The position numbers and the translations under genes are program-made. Positions 39,970-51,446 of a DNA stretch of 64,000 nucleotides are shown here, one piece after another. Under the pieces are notes generated by a model, which worked only from the letters and a program-made list of their open reading frames with translations, did not search any database and was not told where the DNA came from. Source of the stretch: Moniliella sp. 'wahieum' (Eukaryota); assembly GCA_003971905.1 (NCBI GenBank), contig RSEE01000036.1:372001-436000 (forward strand), written 5' to 3'. How positions within the stretch are numbered: the first letter of the stretch is position 1; each line of letters opens with the position of its first letter.

Positions 39970-40975
39970 TCAGATCAACCGTTTAGGGCGTCTTGATAGC
40001 CGGGCCGTTGGTGACCGACGCATGGGCCCGGCAATTGGAGCTCGAGCCGGCAGGCTGGGCAGACGGGGTGGGGTTGACACCCTGGTACCAGGTGCTGCTG
40101 CCGTACCGCCAGGCGGGTGGCCCGACTCACCGTCGCATTGCTCAAAGTAGTTGCCGTACGCGGCGGGCTCGTTCCAGTAGCATCCCATCTCGTCGTAAAT
40201 GTGCGGGCACCAGCGACGCGCCTTGCCCGACTCGCCAAAGCAGGCGGAAGCAGTACTCAGTGTCCGAGATGAAGGATTGCCACTCGGGAAGACGCTCCCA
40301 GTTGCCCGTGCGGGTGCGGCTAAAGACCAGGCCACCAACGGGGTTGCCCGAACCAGTGGCGCCGTGAGGGTCGAGCTCACCACCCTCGTCACCACGTTGA
40401 AGGTTGACCTTGGTGAAGTCACCGTGGCCGGTCACCTGGACAAAGTCGGGCGTCTGGAGGAAGTGGGCGCCGTGGATGGTACCGTCAGGGATGAGACGCG
40501 TACCGTAGCCCGACTGGAGAAAAGTAAGGAAAGCAAGTTAGTACGGACACCCCTTGCACCGTGGTGGCTTGGAAGCATGGGGAGAGAGGTGAGCAGGTAC
40601 GAACCTTGGTGCAGTAGCTGATGAGGCTGCCCTCCTGGCTACCAATCGTGCCCTTCTCGCCGTCGAAGGCCTTGTGCGGGGCCCAGATGCAGAAGTCAAG
40701 AACACTGGGGAAAGGAAAGGGGGGTTAGCGAGATGCGGAGGGTGCTGGTGAGAGAAGAGGACGTACCTGTTGATGTATGCGTTCTGGCAGTGGCCGTTGG
40801 GGGTGAGGCGCCGTAGCGCTGGTGCAGTCGTTCCAGCCAAACTGGCCGCCCGAGGAGTCGACCTTGGCAGGGAGGTTGCCGGGTCCTGGTACTGGCCGCC
40901 GTACTGGTCCTGGGCCAGCGCGGGGACGGCAGCGGCGGTGGCAGCGAGGGTAGAGAGAAGTGCGCGCAGCTGCAT
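39970..40975 (-). CDS. Secreted MP88-like (mannoprotein / macrophage-activating glycoprotein family) protein
   Basis: Signal peptide MQLRALLSTLAATAAAVPALA; GQFGWNDC; CQNAYINSVLDFCIWAP; GTRLIPDGTIHGAHFLQTPDFVQVTG; DEGGELDPHGATGSGNPVGGLV; CPHIYDEMGCYWNEP. Introns 40705-40766 and 40514-40604. Confidence 0.85.
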
Positions 40976-42750
40976 GGCGGGGGTGGGGGAGGGGTGGATG
41001 GGCTGCGGGCGAGCGGGGCAGAGGGGGCGGGTTATAAGGCGCCCCGTGCGGGCCAAGCGTTGGTTCGCAGGGCTGGAGCGCAGCAGGCTGAGCACCTGGG
41101 CAGCGCAAGCTGGGCGCTGGGGCGTGCTGGGGGCCTGCCCCAGCCGCAGACGCTGTTGCCCCGATGCAGCGGGTCAGACACGCAGGCACGGCGCAGGTGT
41201 CGTGCATACCAGTCTACCTCGGCTCAGCCACCAGGCCGGTCACCGGTCATGCGCCCGGCCTCAGGCATCGGGTGCGTAGCGCCTGCGTCGTCTTGCCCCT
41301 GCCGCGCTGTCGGCATGGGGGGCAGGCCAGCAGTGTGCTCAGGCCCGCCGTGTGCTCCGGCTGAGCGCTGGGCGGGGCACAGTCTGCGCAGCCGGGCGCA
41401 GGCAGGTCCGCCGCGCTGGCCTACGACGCGCTAAGCCGTAGCGCTAAACGCCCAACTGGGCCGGTCCTGGGCTGGCCTGTGCCGGCCCTGCCGGTGCGTG
41501 CGCTGTGGCTGAGGCCAGGTCCCACGCTCCCACCACCACAAGTCCGATTATGCGGTTATGCAACAGCAGCTGACGCGCCCACGAGCCAAGAGGGGACGGC
41601 TGCGTACCTCTCTGACGCACTTATGCTTCCCAGTGGCCAGCCCAGGCCAGCCACTCCGAACCACCCCCCGCGCCGCGCAGGAGCAGCCAGCGAGCCTGGC
41701 CAGTTTCGGCGCACATCGGCGGGCGGCCGCGCGCGGTTGGATCTGGCAAGGCTCCCTGGGCGTACCTTGTCTCAGATCTCCCAGCCCAAATCGCAGGGCC
41801 GCAGCGTCAGCGCTCAGCCACAGCGCTCACGCTGAGCTGGAGGCCTCCTGTCGCACTGCTGCTATCCCACACCCCTGCGCAATCCTGCGCAGAACAATGG
41901 TTGGATGCTGCCTCTGCATCATCCATCATCATCATCCATCGTGCATCAGCATCACATACAGTCGATGATTGGGAGGGACTGGAGGATCGAAAGACCCCCA
42001 ACCCTCGCTGTCCCATCCGTTCCTGTTGCCATCTTAGGCGGGTGCGTCGAGCCAGGTCAGCCTGAGGCTCAGGGCGTCAAACTCAAGCTTCAAGCTTCAA
42101 GTCCTCCATGCTCACTTTCAAATGGAACGGTGGCCACCATCCACCGGAGCATCAGTTGGACATGTGATGTTCTTTCGCAGAACTGTCCCGTGGCCAGCTA
42201 GTAGTCGTCGATCATCGGGGCACCGCCGCCTCCTGCTGCCAGGCGTCTGTAGCACCCCTAGCTCCAGCTTCAGCTGAAGCGTCTGCATCGGGCGATCATC
42301 GATCATCACACACGCGCTTCGGGGCAACCTACAGTGGCGTCGGGCCAGGGTGGCCAGGGTGGCCAGGGTGGGCACGCCTGGATGAATGGTTTCAGCACAG
42401 AGCCAGTGTTGCCGTGGCAAAGGATCGACTTGTGTGGAGTCTCACCCCCGGCCTCATTCATCCTGCGCCACCAGCACGGTCTCTAGTACGACAGTGCGAG
42501 TGCGAGTCGACCAACACCAGCACAGCAACACTCCCCGCCACGTGGCGGCATGTGTTGGCCCCGCTGGCGAAGCAGCCCGCTAGCGCTTTTCAGTAGTCAA
42601 CTAGATACTGATGATCGACGCTCGTTTGCCATTGCAGAGAGGGGAAGTTTGAAGCTTTGAAGCTCTTGAAGGTGTATGTCGACTGGAGCGTTTCCGTCTC
42701 CCATGTCCCCACTAATCACGCGCACCTGACGTGTCGTGAAAGCGAGGCAA

Positions 42751-42845
42751 TGCTAACCGCTAAGCATAGCGCTTAAGCTAAGCGCTTAGGCTAAGCGCTA
42801 ACCCGCTACCCGCTAACCTTACCGGTCACCGGTCACCGGTCACCG
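42751..42845. repeat. Composite array: degenerate GCTAAGC/AGCGCT units followed by (ACCGGTC)x3.5
   Basis: gctaaccgctaagcatagcgcttaagctaagcgcttaggctaagcgcta..ttaccggtcaccggtcaccggtcaccg. Confidence 0.85.
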
Positions 42846-43282
42846 TGCCACCCAGCATACTTAGTTGAGTACGTTGCGTATATCCTACCCAGTCTGAGAT
42901 CTGAGTGGGTGAACTCAGTGCGGCCCTCGGGGAGGCTGCGTCCCACACGGAATTGGGTAACTTCCCCGGGGACTGAGTGACTCGTTGAGGCGTGTTTGGC
43001 TGTTTGGGCACTGTGTTGGCCCATCCTGCAAGGTTCGGGCGATGGAGTGAGACCAAGTACCAAGGGAAGCAAAAGATGCACGGGTAGAGGGAAGGAGAAC
43101 AGGATCGGCGAAGGGCAGTGTGCCTGATTAGTTAAGAGGGCCGTGACACATCCATCGCTATTGATTTGAACGTTTGGAATTGAATCCACAACTCTAGTTG
43201 GCGGTTTTCCGTCGACAGGTCCCAAGCCACGTCCATTTCATTGACAGAACTCCCAAGCCCATATGCACCACGTCATTTCGCA

Positions 43283-43385
43283 TTATGCATTAACTTAACG
43301 TTTAACACGTTTAACGTCTAACGTCTAACCCTGAGCGCCTGAGCGCGCCCTGAGCTCAGGCCTGAGTCTCAGGCCTCAGGCCGAT
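43283..43385. repeat. Composite array: TTAACG(T) units followed by CCTGAG/CTCAGG units
   Basis: ttaacttaacgtttaacacgtttaacgtctaacgtctaaccctgagcgcctgagcgcgccctgagctcaggcctgagtctcaggcctcaggcc. Confidence 0.8.
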
Positions 43386-43773
43386 GAGGTGAACGTAATA
43401 CCTGATTTGGTTTTCTCTGCTGTGTTCGTGTGAACGACGGCAGGCGACAGCTCGCAAAGCTCCACTAAGCGTGTTCATTGAGGTGCGACAGGAGGGTCAC
43501 ATGTAACAGTGGCGCCGCTAGGCCAAAAACCGGGTCCTTTCTCCCTGCATCACTTCCTATATCCCCTCCCTGTGGAAGAGTTCGCAGGAATAAATACTCG
43601 TTACTCGTCTCGACGGGGAGACGTTTTCTATCTGAGGAAGTTGAGCAAGTCAGACATTATACAGTTCTCACATCTCAAGCCCCCGCTCTGTCATGATGTC
43701 ATTTTGAACAACAAATGGAGGAACTACTAGTAGTGACTAGGTGGTTTGGCGGGATTGGCTCTTTGAATGTCGG

Positions 43774-43822
43774 TTGAACGTGTTGAGCGTTGAACGTTGA
43801 ACGTTGACATGGTTAGTTGACA
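43774..43822. repeat. Heptamer array (GTTGAAC)n, core AACGTT
   Basis: gttgaacgtgttgagcgttgaacgttgaacgttgacat. Confidence 0.8.
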
Positions 43823-45658
43823 TGGAGGCGGAGACCGTGGTGAGGCGGTGAGGCCTGCCAGGCCTGAGGCCGGCCAAAAGGCCCGAGGCTCTGTTGTCCG
43901 AGACCCGATGGCCGGAGGCGTGAGGTTGGTGAGAAAGGAGTGTGTGTAACGCGGTGAACACCCCCTGTGGGTCCGTGACGAACTGGGAGTACTCAGCACA
44001 CTCAGCGCGACTCAGCCTGAGCGCTCAGGCGCTGACGTCACTGTATACACACTCCGTTATTTTCTCTTTCCCTCGTTTTGCACTACCAGCATGATGCATG
44101 ATGCACATCATGATGTATGCCTCTAACATGTTTTCTCTTCAAGCTGGCTTGTAGCTTCCACTGACTCATACACGCATACTCGATGCGCATTCTCCATCTT
44201 CAGCATTTCACAGCTCCCACAGCAATTTCACTCCGCGCACACTCTTCAAGTCAGCTACTCTTCATACTCAGCCTGGATTCATCATATTCATCACTCGTAC
44301 GCCGTGGTCGGTACAGTTCCTAGGACACACATAGTACCAGGAGATACCGGACAAAACATTGGCGACGGTGGGCACGGGCCAGCATCGCTGTAGGGTGTCA
44401 AAAATAATCTTTGATCGTCGTTGGGGAAGGGTACTATACACGGCGATTACCGCGCAGATGACCGAACTGTCCTCAGCTTTCGGAGAAGTTTCTCGTCCTT
44501 CTGCCCCACCTTCTCCTCCATCCCGATCCCGTTTACCTTGGCAAGATTCCCTGCGTGTACAGCGATGGTGGGAATGGAAAAGACTGCAAAAAACCCTCTC
44601 GCCTTGAATGTCTCTCTACTATACAATCAGATAACAAAGCCAACTTTTTCAGAAAAGTCTCAGTGTACATCTCTGTACCAGACAACGGACCGAGCACACC
44701 AACCGGGACACTGAGAAACGCTGGCTATACGCGGACTGTTCAACATCCTAATCGACGGGCGAGCCCCGCCCCCCCTACTATACAAAAGGACATGACGACG
44801 GATTATGCCCTGTCCAGGCCGTATGACGCTAGGTAAGTGATAACCGCCCTTTGCTCACTCCCCACCTTCGGGCGAGTGGGGACGGGCCAAGAAGCGGGTA
44901 ACGAGGGAGAAGAAGAAAAATGGTATGGCCTCCAGTTATGTATAGGGGGGCTGTAGAAGGGAGATAATGGATGGAGGGAATAATTTTATGTTTGAATACT
45001 TGTGGGTGGGACGAACGATGGGGGGAGGAAGCGGTGAAGCTGTGAATAAGAGGAAAAGAGGGTAGGAGACGAAGAAGATGAGCAGGGCATTGGGGACCGA
45101 CGGGAGAATGGATCAAAAGAAGGAGGATGGTCGATCAGGAATGCACGCGCACGCGCGCCACACCGCTAAGTTGCTTGGGGGTGGTAGTGGCCCGACCAGC
45201 GGGACCGTATGCGCAGTGAATGACAGCAGAATTGAAAGGAAGGGGGAACCAGTGTGGGTGTTTTTGTTCTTGGGGGGGGGGGGGGGGGGCAGGGGGAAAA
45301 AAAAAAAAAGAAAAAGGGTGCCAGCACTGAGACCGAGGCTAGTAGTAAGGCACAGACGAAGGCCAAAGAAGGGATGTGGTCGGAAGCAAAAGAAGGCAAC
45401 CAAGGGCGTAAGGCAGCGTAAAAGAATATTCGTAGGGCCAAAGCAAGGTGGGTATGCATACTGGCAGCGCAAAGCGTCGACAAGGAACGAACGCAAGATC
45501 TCGCCAGGGGGACAAACAAGAAATTTATAAAAGTCTTCACGGGGCCAACAAGGGCTGGTAGAAGAAAGGTGGATCCAGGTACGGAGGGGTCATGGGTCTT
45601 TGAGAGAATTGCGTTGGCAGTTTGGGAAGAATGCTTGGCGAATGCAAAGGGGTAAGAG

Positions 45659-47365
45659 CTAGAGGCCACGAGGTTGGACGCTGACTGGCATACGGCTTCC
45701 GTGTATGGTCAGATGCTTGGTCAGCGCCCGTCCACGACTGAGAAGCGAAGACGGGGAGCAGGGGGATAGGCTCGACGACGGATGGGAGCGCGAAGTGAGC
45801 GGGGAGCTGGCTGGGCCCAGGCTACGTTTTCGCACGCGAGGCGAACGAGGAGAGGTGATGCTAGCACGTGGTCTTGGATCGGGCGTCTCGGCGCTGCACA
45901 AGCCCAAGGCAAGTGCGCCGGTACGCCTCCCTTCATCCACATCCGTACGGAGAGTGGGCGAATGGGTGCAGGAGGCGAAGTGCCCACGTCAACAGCCGGA
46001 GCGAGCTGCAACCGTTCACGTACTCGTGACGCCCCGTCGATCTCCTCGGCGCGGGGGGAAGGACTGCGACGGCGAGATATGGAGCGAGGAGCTCGTGTGG
46101 AGGAGCGGCCACGTCGTGACTCCAGATCTTCACCGGCCATAGAAGCGCGCGATCTCGAGGCCAAACGACGCTCCACATCATTGGAAGAGGTCGCGCGGCG
46201 AAGGGTGGCACGGTCGGCTGGCGCATCCGCCGTCCGAGAACGGCCACGCTCTTCCTCACCCTCCCATCGAGTTGAACTGGCATGTGGGCCGAGCGCACGC
46301 GGCCGTCTCGTCCTCCCCCTTCCCACTTCCGGCACCGCCGCTTCGGTCATGGTAGGGGGGCAACGAGGTGGGTCAATCGTAGCCATGTGCAGCGTATTCC
46401 GAAGTGCGACAAGAGAATCGCTCGGCAGCCGTCGATGAACCACAGGCGATCCCGATCGGACTGTGGCCATGGAAGGGGCCGGAGCAGCAGATAGTTGAGT
46501 GTGGCCAGAAACGAGATGATCACGAGCGGCAGGACCAAGGTCAAATCCCGATATAAACGACGCCGCATCCGAGTCGACATCGTCCTCGAGGATCGCATGA
46601 GGATGGGCCGGGTGATGTGATAACTGTGCGCGAGGGGGGACGAGAGGGGGGACGATGAGGGTGTTCCATTGCCATCCAGGGAGAAGCAGGAGTCGGACTG
46701 GCGGAGCTCCGCGGCCGGCGGGTGGAAGGGGCCAAGGCCGGACTGGCCAAGAAGACGGGGGCGGGCATGTTGGTCGCGTTGGGCTTGCGAACAAACGCAT
46801 GGCAGGGGACTTGATCAACGGGCGCATGTCTGGCCCTTGGGAGGCACAAATCCTTGGCGAGGTCGTCGTTGGGGGCTGATCCGATTCGCCTTCGCTCACG
46901 TTGGGTATTGCTCACCATACTAAAATGCTCAGAGGGCCGGGGGGCGCAGGTTGCAGCGGTGTACGCGGGTACACATGCGTAGTGGGGGGCCTCGACGCAG
47001 GGCTGTTGCCTCAAGAAAGGGTGAAGGAAGCGCGTTGAAGGTGCACCGTGAGGTAAGAGACGGGTGGATGGGCCAGAGCAGCGAGCACCGTCCCGGCGGC
47101 CCGGGAACTTGGTGAAGGTCGATAGCGGGAGGGAGGGGAAGCGGGTGGTGCTCCTGGTCACGGAGGCGGCATTGATCGCTGCAGAAGAGGCTTCCGGGGA
47201 GGACGGCCTCGCACACACGGTACATAGCTCGTCGGCCATCCACAAAGCGGAAGTGTCGTCGTCGTAGTTGGGGAGCGGTTTGGCGTTGGGACGCCGTCGG
47301 ATGCTTGCGGCTGCGGAGGGCATGGCACGGGTGGGAACCGAGGGGATGGGGGCGCCAACAGCCAT
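45659..47365 (-). CDS. Ecl1-family (lifespan regulator-like) Cys-motif protein with long Ser/Arg-rich tail
   Basis: DELCTVC(EA..)PGSLFCSDQCRLRD matches the CxxC..SLYCSxxCRxxD motif of Ecl1/2/3; overlapping long minus-strand ORFs 45721-46899 and 46541-47551. Confidence 0.6.
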
Positions 47366-47631
47366 AGGAGGGGGAGGGGGGGAGGGGAAGAAGGAGGAGG
47401 GAGGGGACGGGGAAGGGATATAATGGGGAGTTGGTGGTGCCTGTGGGTGTGGAGGTGGGTGGGCAGGTGGGTGGGCAGTGGGTGGGCATGTGGGGCGGTG
47501 GAGGCGGTGGTGGAGGTAAGTGGGTCGAGGGTAGCGGCAAAAAAAATGCAACCTGGAAAAATTGCGGAGCGCTGGCGACGGAATAAAGGTTGCTTCGTTA
47601 ATTTAATGGCGGGTGGGCAGTGGTTGCCAGG

Positions 47632-47720
47632 GTGACCGGTGACTAGCTAGTGACTGCCATCGGTCATGCATCATGCATCATGCATCATGCATCATGAACA
47701 TGGCCGTCGGATATCGATCG
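47632..47720. repeat. Composite array incl. (TCATGCA)x4.8 core ATGCAT, with GGTGACCGGTGAC and GACTAG..AGTGAC
   Basis: ggtgaccggtgactagctagtgac..tcatgcatcatgcatcatgcatcatgcatcatga (47664-47697), ~270-330 bp upstream of the Ecl1-like ATG. Confidence 0.9.
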
Positions 47721-47969
47721 ATCCACGTCGAATATCGGCCATCCACCGACGCAGGTACGAGTTCTATTAGCAGCTTCTTTTGCCGGCCTTATCGATATCG
47801 ATGTGCGTCATAGACTGCCGTTTGCGTATGCCACGCGCACATAACCGGTGACGGTGACCATGGCGGTGTCGTGGTTCATATGGAGACCACGGTCGGATAG
47901 GTGTCCTCCATGTCCTCCGGGATCGCCGCGGGGAACTGAAAGCTGTCGCCCCGTACCAACTCTCTGAAG

Positions 47970-48031
47970 AAAAAAAAAAAAAGCACCGATTGATTGATTG
48001 ATTACGCGTTACGCGTTACGCGCGTTACGCG
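47970..48031. repeat. A13 tract, (GATT)x4 and (TTACGCG)n array core ACGCGT
   Basis: aaaaaaaaaaaaa..gattgattgattgattacgcgttacgcgttacgcgcgttacgcg. Confidence 0.85.
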
Positions 48032-49338
48032 GTGTATGTTGACTGTGATCCTCCGGGTCCCAGTCGGTACACAGGTTCGCCTCGGTTCCATCGGCATCCA
48101 CGCTGCGGGTGTCCCAGCGTGTCACTGACCCTGTGCCCTCCATTTTCTCCTGTGTGACTCACTGCCCCTGTTTTTTTTGCCTAGTCCGGCCTCCTATAGA
48201 TGCCTCGATCTGTACCCCCAGACCCAACTGTGGCTCTAGTAATCCATCCCCTTCTCATCTTCTGCCTGTCCGGCTCCCTAGGCTAACAGTGTATGTAGCC
48301 GGGAGGCGCCCCGTCGTGTCTTTCCGAGCTTGCCATGTGGCAATGTGACGATGCGCAGGGAGCTTGCGCAGGCGTTCCCTTGAAGCTTGACTGTGGCCCA
48401 CGTTGTTGCGTGCATCGTGTTGGCAGCTACGATGCTGCGTGGGCAGCCTCTGCGATCGTCACGCGGCTCAATATTTTCCATCTGGCAGCGGAGAGGTAAC
48501 CGTACTGGTAGTACTCGGAGTACCCCGAGCCCATCGGGACCAAAGACGCACCAGGAGAGAGACGATGCTCGATCTGCGCTGACGCACGCTGACGTCGTAC
48601 TCAGTGATAAACAATGTGATGGTATGTTTTCGTGGCACTGCAACCTCTGCGAAGCACACAGCTATTAGGGCGCGGTGTGCGTGCGAGCTATTAATAGGAG
48701 GACGTGGGGTGGTTGCCACGCTGGATGCCGGCGTTCCGCGTGTAGCACACCCCCCACGGCTTGGCGGAAGGGAAAAAAAGAGGGATCCTACTGTGGTGCG
48801 GGCAGCCCCCAACTGCGTGTTGCCCCCTTCCACAAAAAGCAACAAACGCTGTATGATGGTGTGGCCGATATGCCGCAACGAAGTCTTCTAGTATACACCC
48901 AACAGCCTGTTTGTTCGAGCTCTTGTGGCTCACGCGCGCACCACAGCTCTCCTATTTCGCTCGCGCACCGCACAGCCACGAGTTTGGCGCACTTTCTTGC
49001 ACTGCCCCCCTCTTCTTTGGCCGCCCGATCCACACACGCATGCAAAACCTGCTACCTCATCACTAAAAGAGCACCCCAGACGGAGCAGCAAAAGCTCTCG
49101 AAGATGGAAAAGACCCCCAACAAACGCACACCTTTTCTCTCCACCCCGGGGATATACTAATCCGGTTGCATGTCAGCGCGTCAGCGCCTCTTGTGACCCT
49201 CTTTGTGCACCCTCGATATAAGCCTTACCTCTCTCCAAGATCTAAACGTTAAGCAGCTCCGGCTTGTTGTGCTTTCCCTTGAAGGAGGAGAGTCCGCTCA
49301 CGGGTTTTATCGAGCTTGAACACTGTTGATGAATCCGA

Positions 49339-49381
49339 ACGGAGCTAGAAACGAGGTGAGACGGAGCTAGAACGAGGTGAG
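49339..49381. repeat. Tandem direct repeat, ~22 bp x2
   Basis: acggagctagaaacgaggtgag followed by acggagctagaacgaggtgag. Confidence 0.8.
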
Positions 49382-51446
49382 GGCTCTCCATTGGGGCGTC
49401 ACCTCGCGTGACAAGGTTGCATATGCGCCGGGACGAGCAAGACTAGGCTGCCTGTAGATGCAGAACCTTGAAGGGTTGTTGGCTGGAAGTTTGACGCAGA
49501 CAACGACAGGGTCGGATAGGTCCTGTCACAGAACACTGAACTCTTGTTGGATCGCAGCGGCATCCGTACACGGAGACTGCAATCTGGAGGGAGATGGACG
49601 GCAAAGGATGCCTGGGCGGAGGGATTTGGCAATGTTGGGACCCGTGGTCCCGTACTTAGGCCAAGGTGCCTCATCACCCTTCACCCTGATTTGTCCTCCG
49701 AAGCCTCCACGTGTATACTCAGGCTTGTTTGAACCCCTGTCTCTAGGTGTGGCACAAGGCTTAGACCTTAACCACCACCATCGCGATTGCATTGCTCTAC
49801 ACTTCCAGAGGTTCTTCACCCAACCCCTTGGGTTCCTCCGGTCTTACAGGCAACCAAGAGATGGTCATTGAAGCAGGTCGGTGGGATTGTGCGTGAGCTA
49901 TATTCATATTAGGGAGTAACGCGGGTGTTGTCTGTGGTGGCTCAAGGACGGATATGTAAAAGGGGATGATTTTACAAATTGACCCGCTACTAGGGGAAGA
50001 AATAGAGAAGAAAGGCTATGCAGACACAGCGCTTTAACTGAAGTAACATACAGCGTGGAAAGAGGAAGGATTAAAGGCGAACGCGGCTCTCAAAGGAGCA
50101 CAAGCGTAGGGAAAGGTTCTCTAGCAACAGCAGTCCGTCTTTGCCCGTGACACAGTACGTTGAACCACTATGCGCCACACCACCGTCCCATTGCATACAT
50201 CTCCACAGAGGTTCTCCACTCGACGTTCAACTGAATCCTTCGGTTCCTCTCCTGTCTTACAACGCAAAATGATTAATGAGGCGTGTGGGTATTCCGCATG
50301 TAGTACGTACCCAGCAACGCGGCTCTCCGCGTCTCAGATCTCAGCTCCCTCACGTTTGAGACTCAGACCAGACCGCCATTAGCCGCGGCCGTCCACAATC
50401 CATCCCTCTCTACATCCGCCAACAGCGGACGAACCCCACTACCGCGCGCTTCTCAACGGTTTGGTCACAAATATATACAACGCTTCTTGGCACATGCGCT
50501 CATCCGTATCCATTCGCGCTGTACACTCGGTTTGGAAGCGAATGGCGGGGCCAGATGGTCCCGCCCTGTTGGCAACTCCACTGGTCTCACCTACTGGGGC
50601 GAGCATCATATGCAAGCAGCACGCGTTGGACGGTTGAGAGCGCGTGTGGATATAGTAGGCGTACTACTGCATTGACTTCGTCCCTCGCTGCAGCACGGGG
50701 AGGGCACTTGTATCGTTGTGGGGACTGGGAAGAACTGGCTGACGAAGAGGCGCAGGAAACACCGTTGTCTCTCTTTTGCTCTTTCCTTTCATCACCGTTG
50801 GTGGTTGGATCTCTCTCCCTAACACCTACCCCTCCCCTCGCGACCAGTGCCAGCGCAACGTTCACAAGCCCACGCGGGCGCGAGCGTCCGTCCCGCTCTC
50901 GGCCACTTGGTCACGTATCCCATCTACGTCCCATGCAGCATTTCCTGGAGCCACCAGGCCCGGGGGCGAGAGTTCACCGTTCACCAGCCCAAGTGTGTCG
51001 CCTTGATGTATACCCGCTCGGTACTCAGCCCAAGTGACACAGAGATCTTACTACGAGGGATGCCCCCTTTGGGGGCGATTGCGATTACAAGCCTGGGTAC
51101 TACATGGCTAATCGAAATTTCTGGTGCACAATCTTGTGGGCCTTGCCCACCTTGAATTTCGTACGTAGTCCTCACATATCTATTCGGAACCTTGTTACCG
51201 GCATTTTCGATTAGCTAGGTAGATGCACCAGTGTGGGGAGACGACGAATTCTCACGTTGGCTAGGAGAACTACGCGCCTCCCCCCTAACCCCCCCAGTCC
51301 CCTGCACACGACGTCGCATCCGTCTACGATGTGGTGCAGCAGCGCAGTCCAGAAGGAAGTGAGGGCATGCGAGAGGGGTGGATGGGCAAACGAGGCAAGA
51401 GAATATGATGGATTTTGTTCGTGCGCCCTAGAAGGGCGAGTTGGAA

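Noticed and set aside
42751..43385. CTAACC-containing repeats read as interstitial telomere or CRISPR-like array
   Set aside because: No tandem TTAGGG/CCCTAA run, no constant repeat with unique spacers, and no cas genes in this eukaryotic context.
48002..48031. ACGCGT clusters read simply as MCB cell-cycle boxes
   Set aside because: Neighbouring genes (Ecl1-like, GH88) are not typical S-phase genes, and the same 7-bp grammar occurs with ten other cores. MCB function is possible but not supported.
48100..51400. Short ORFs in the 3-kb interval between the Ecl1-like and GH88 genes
   Set aside because: No recognisable domains or consistent coding strand.
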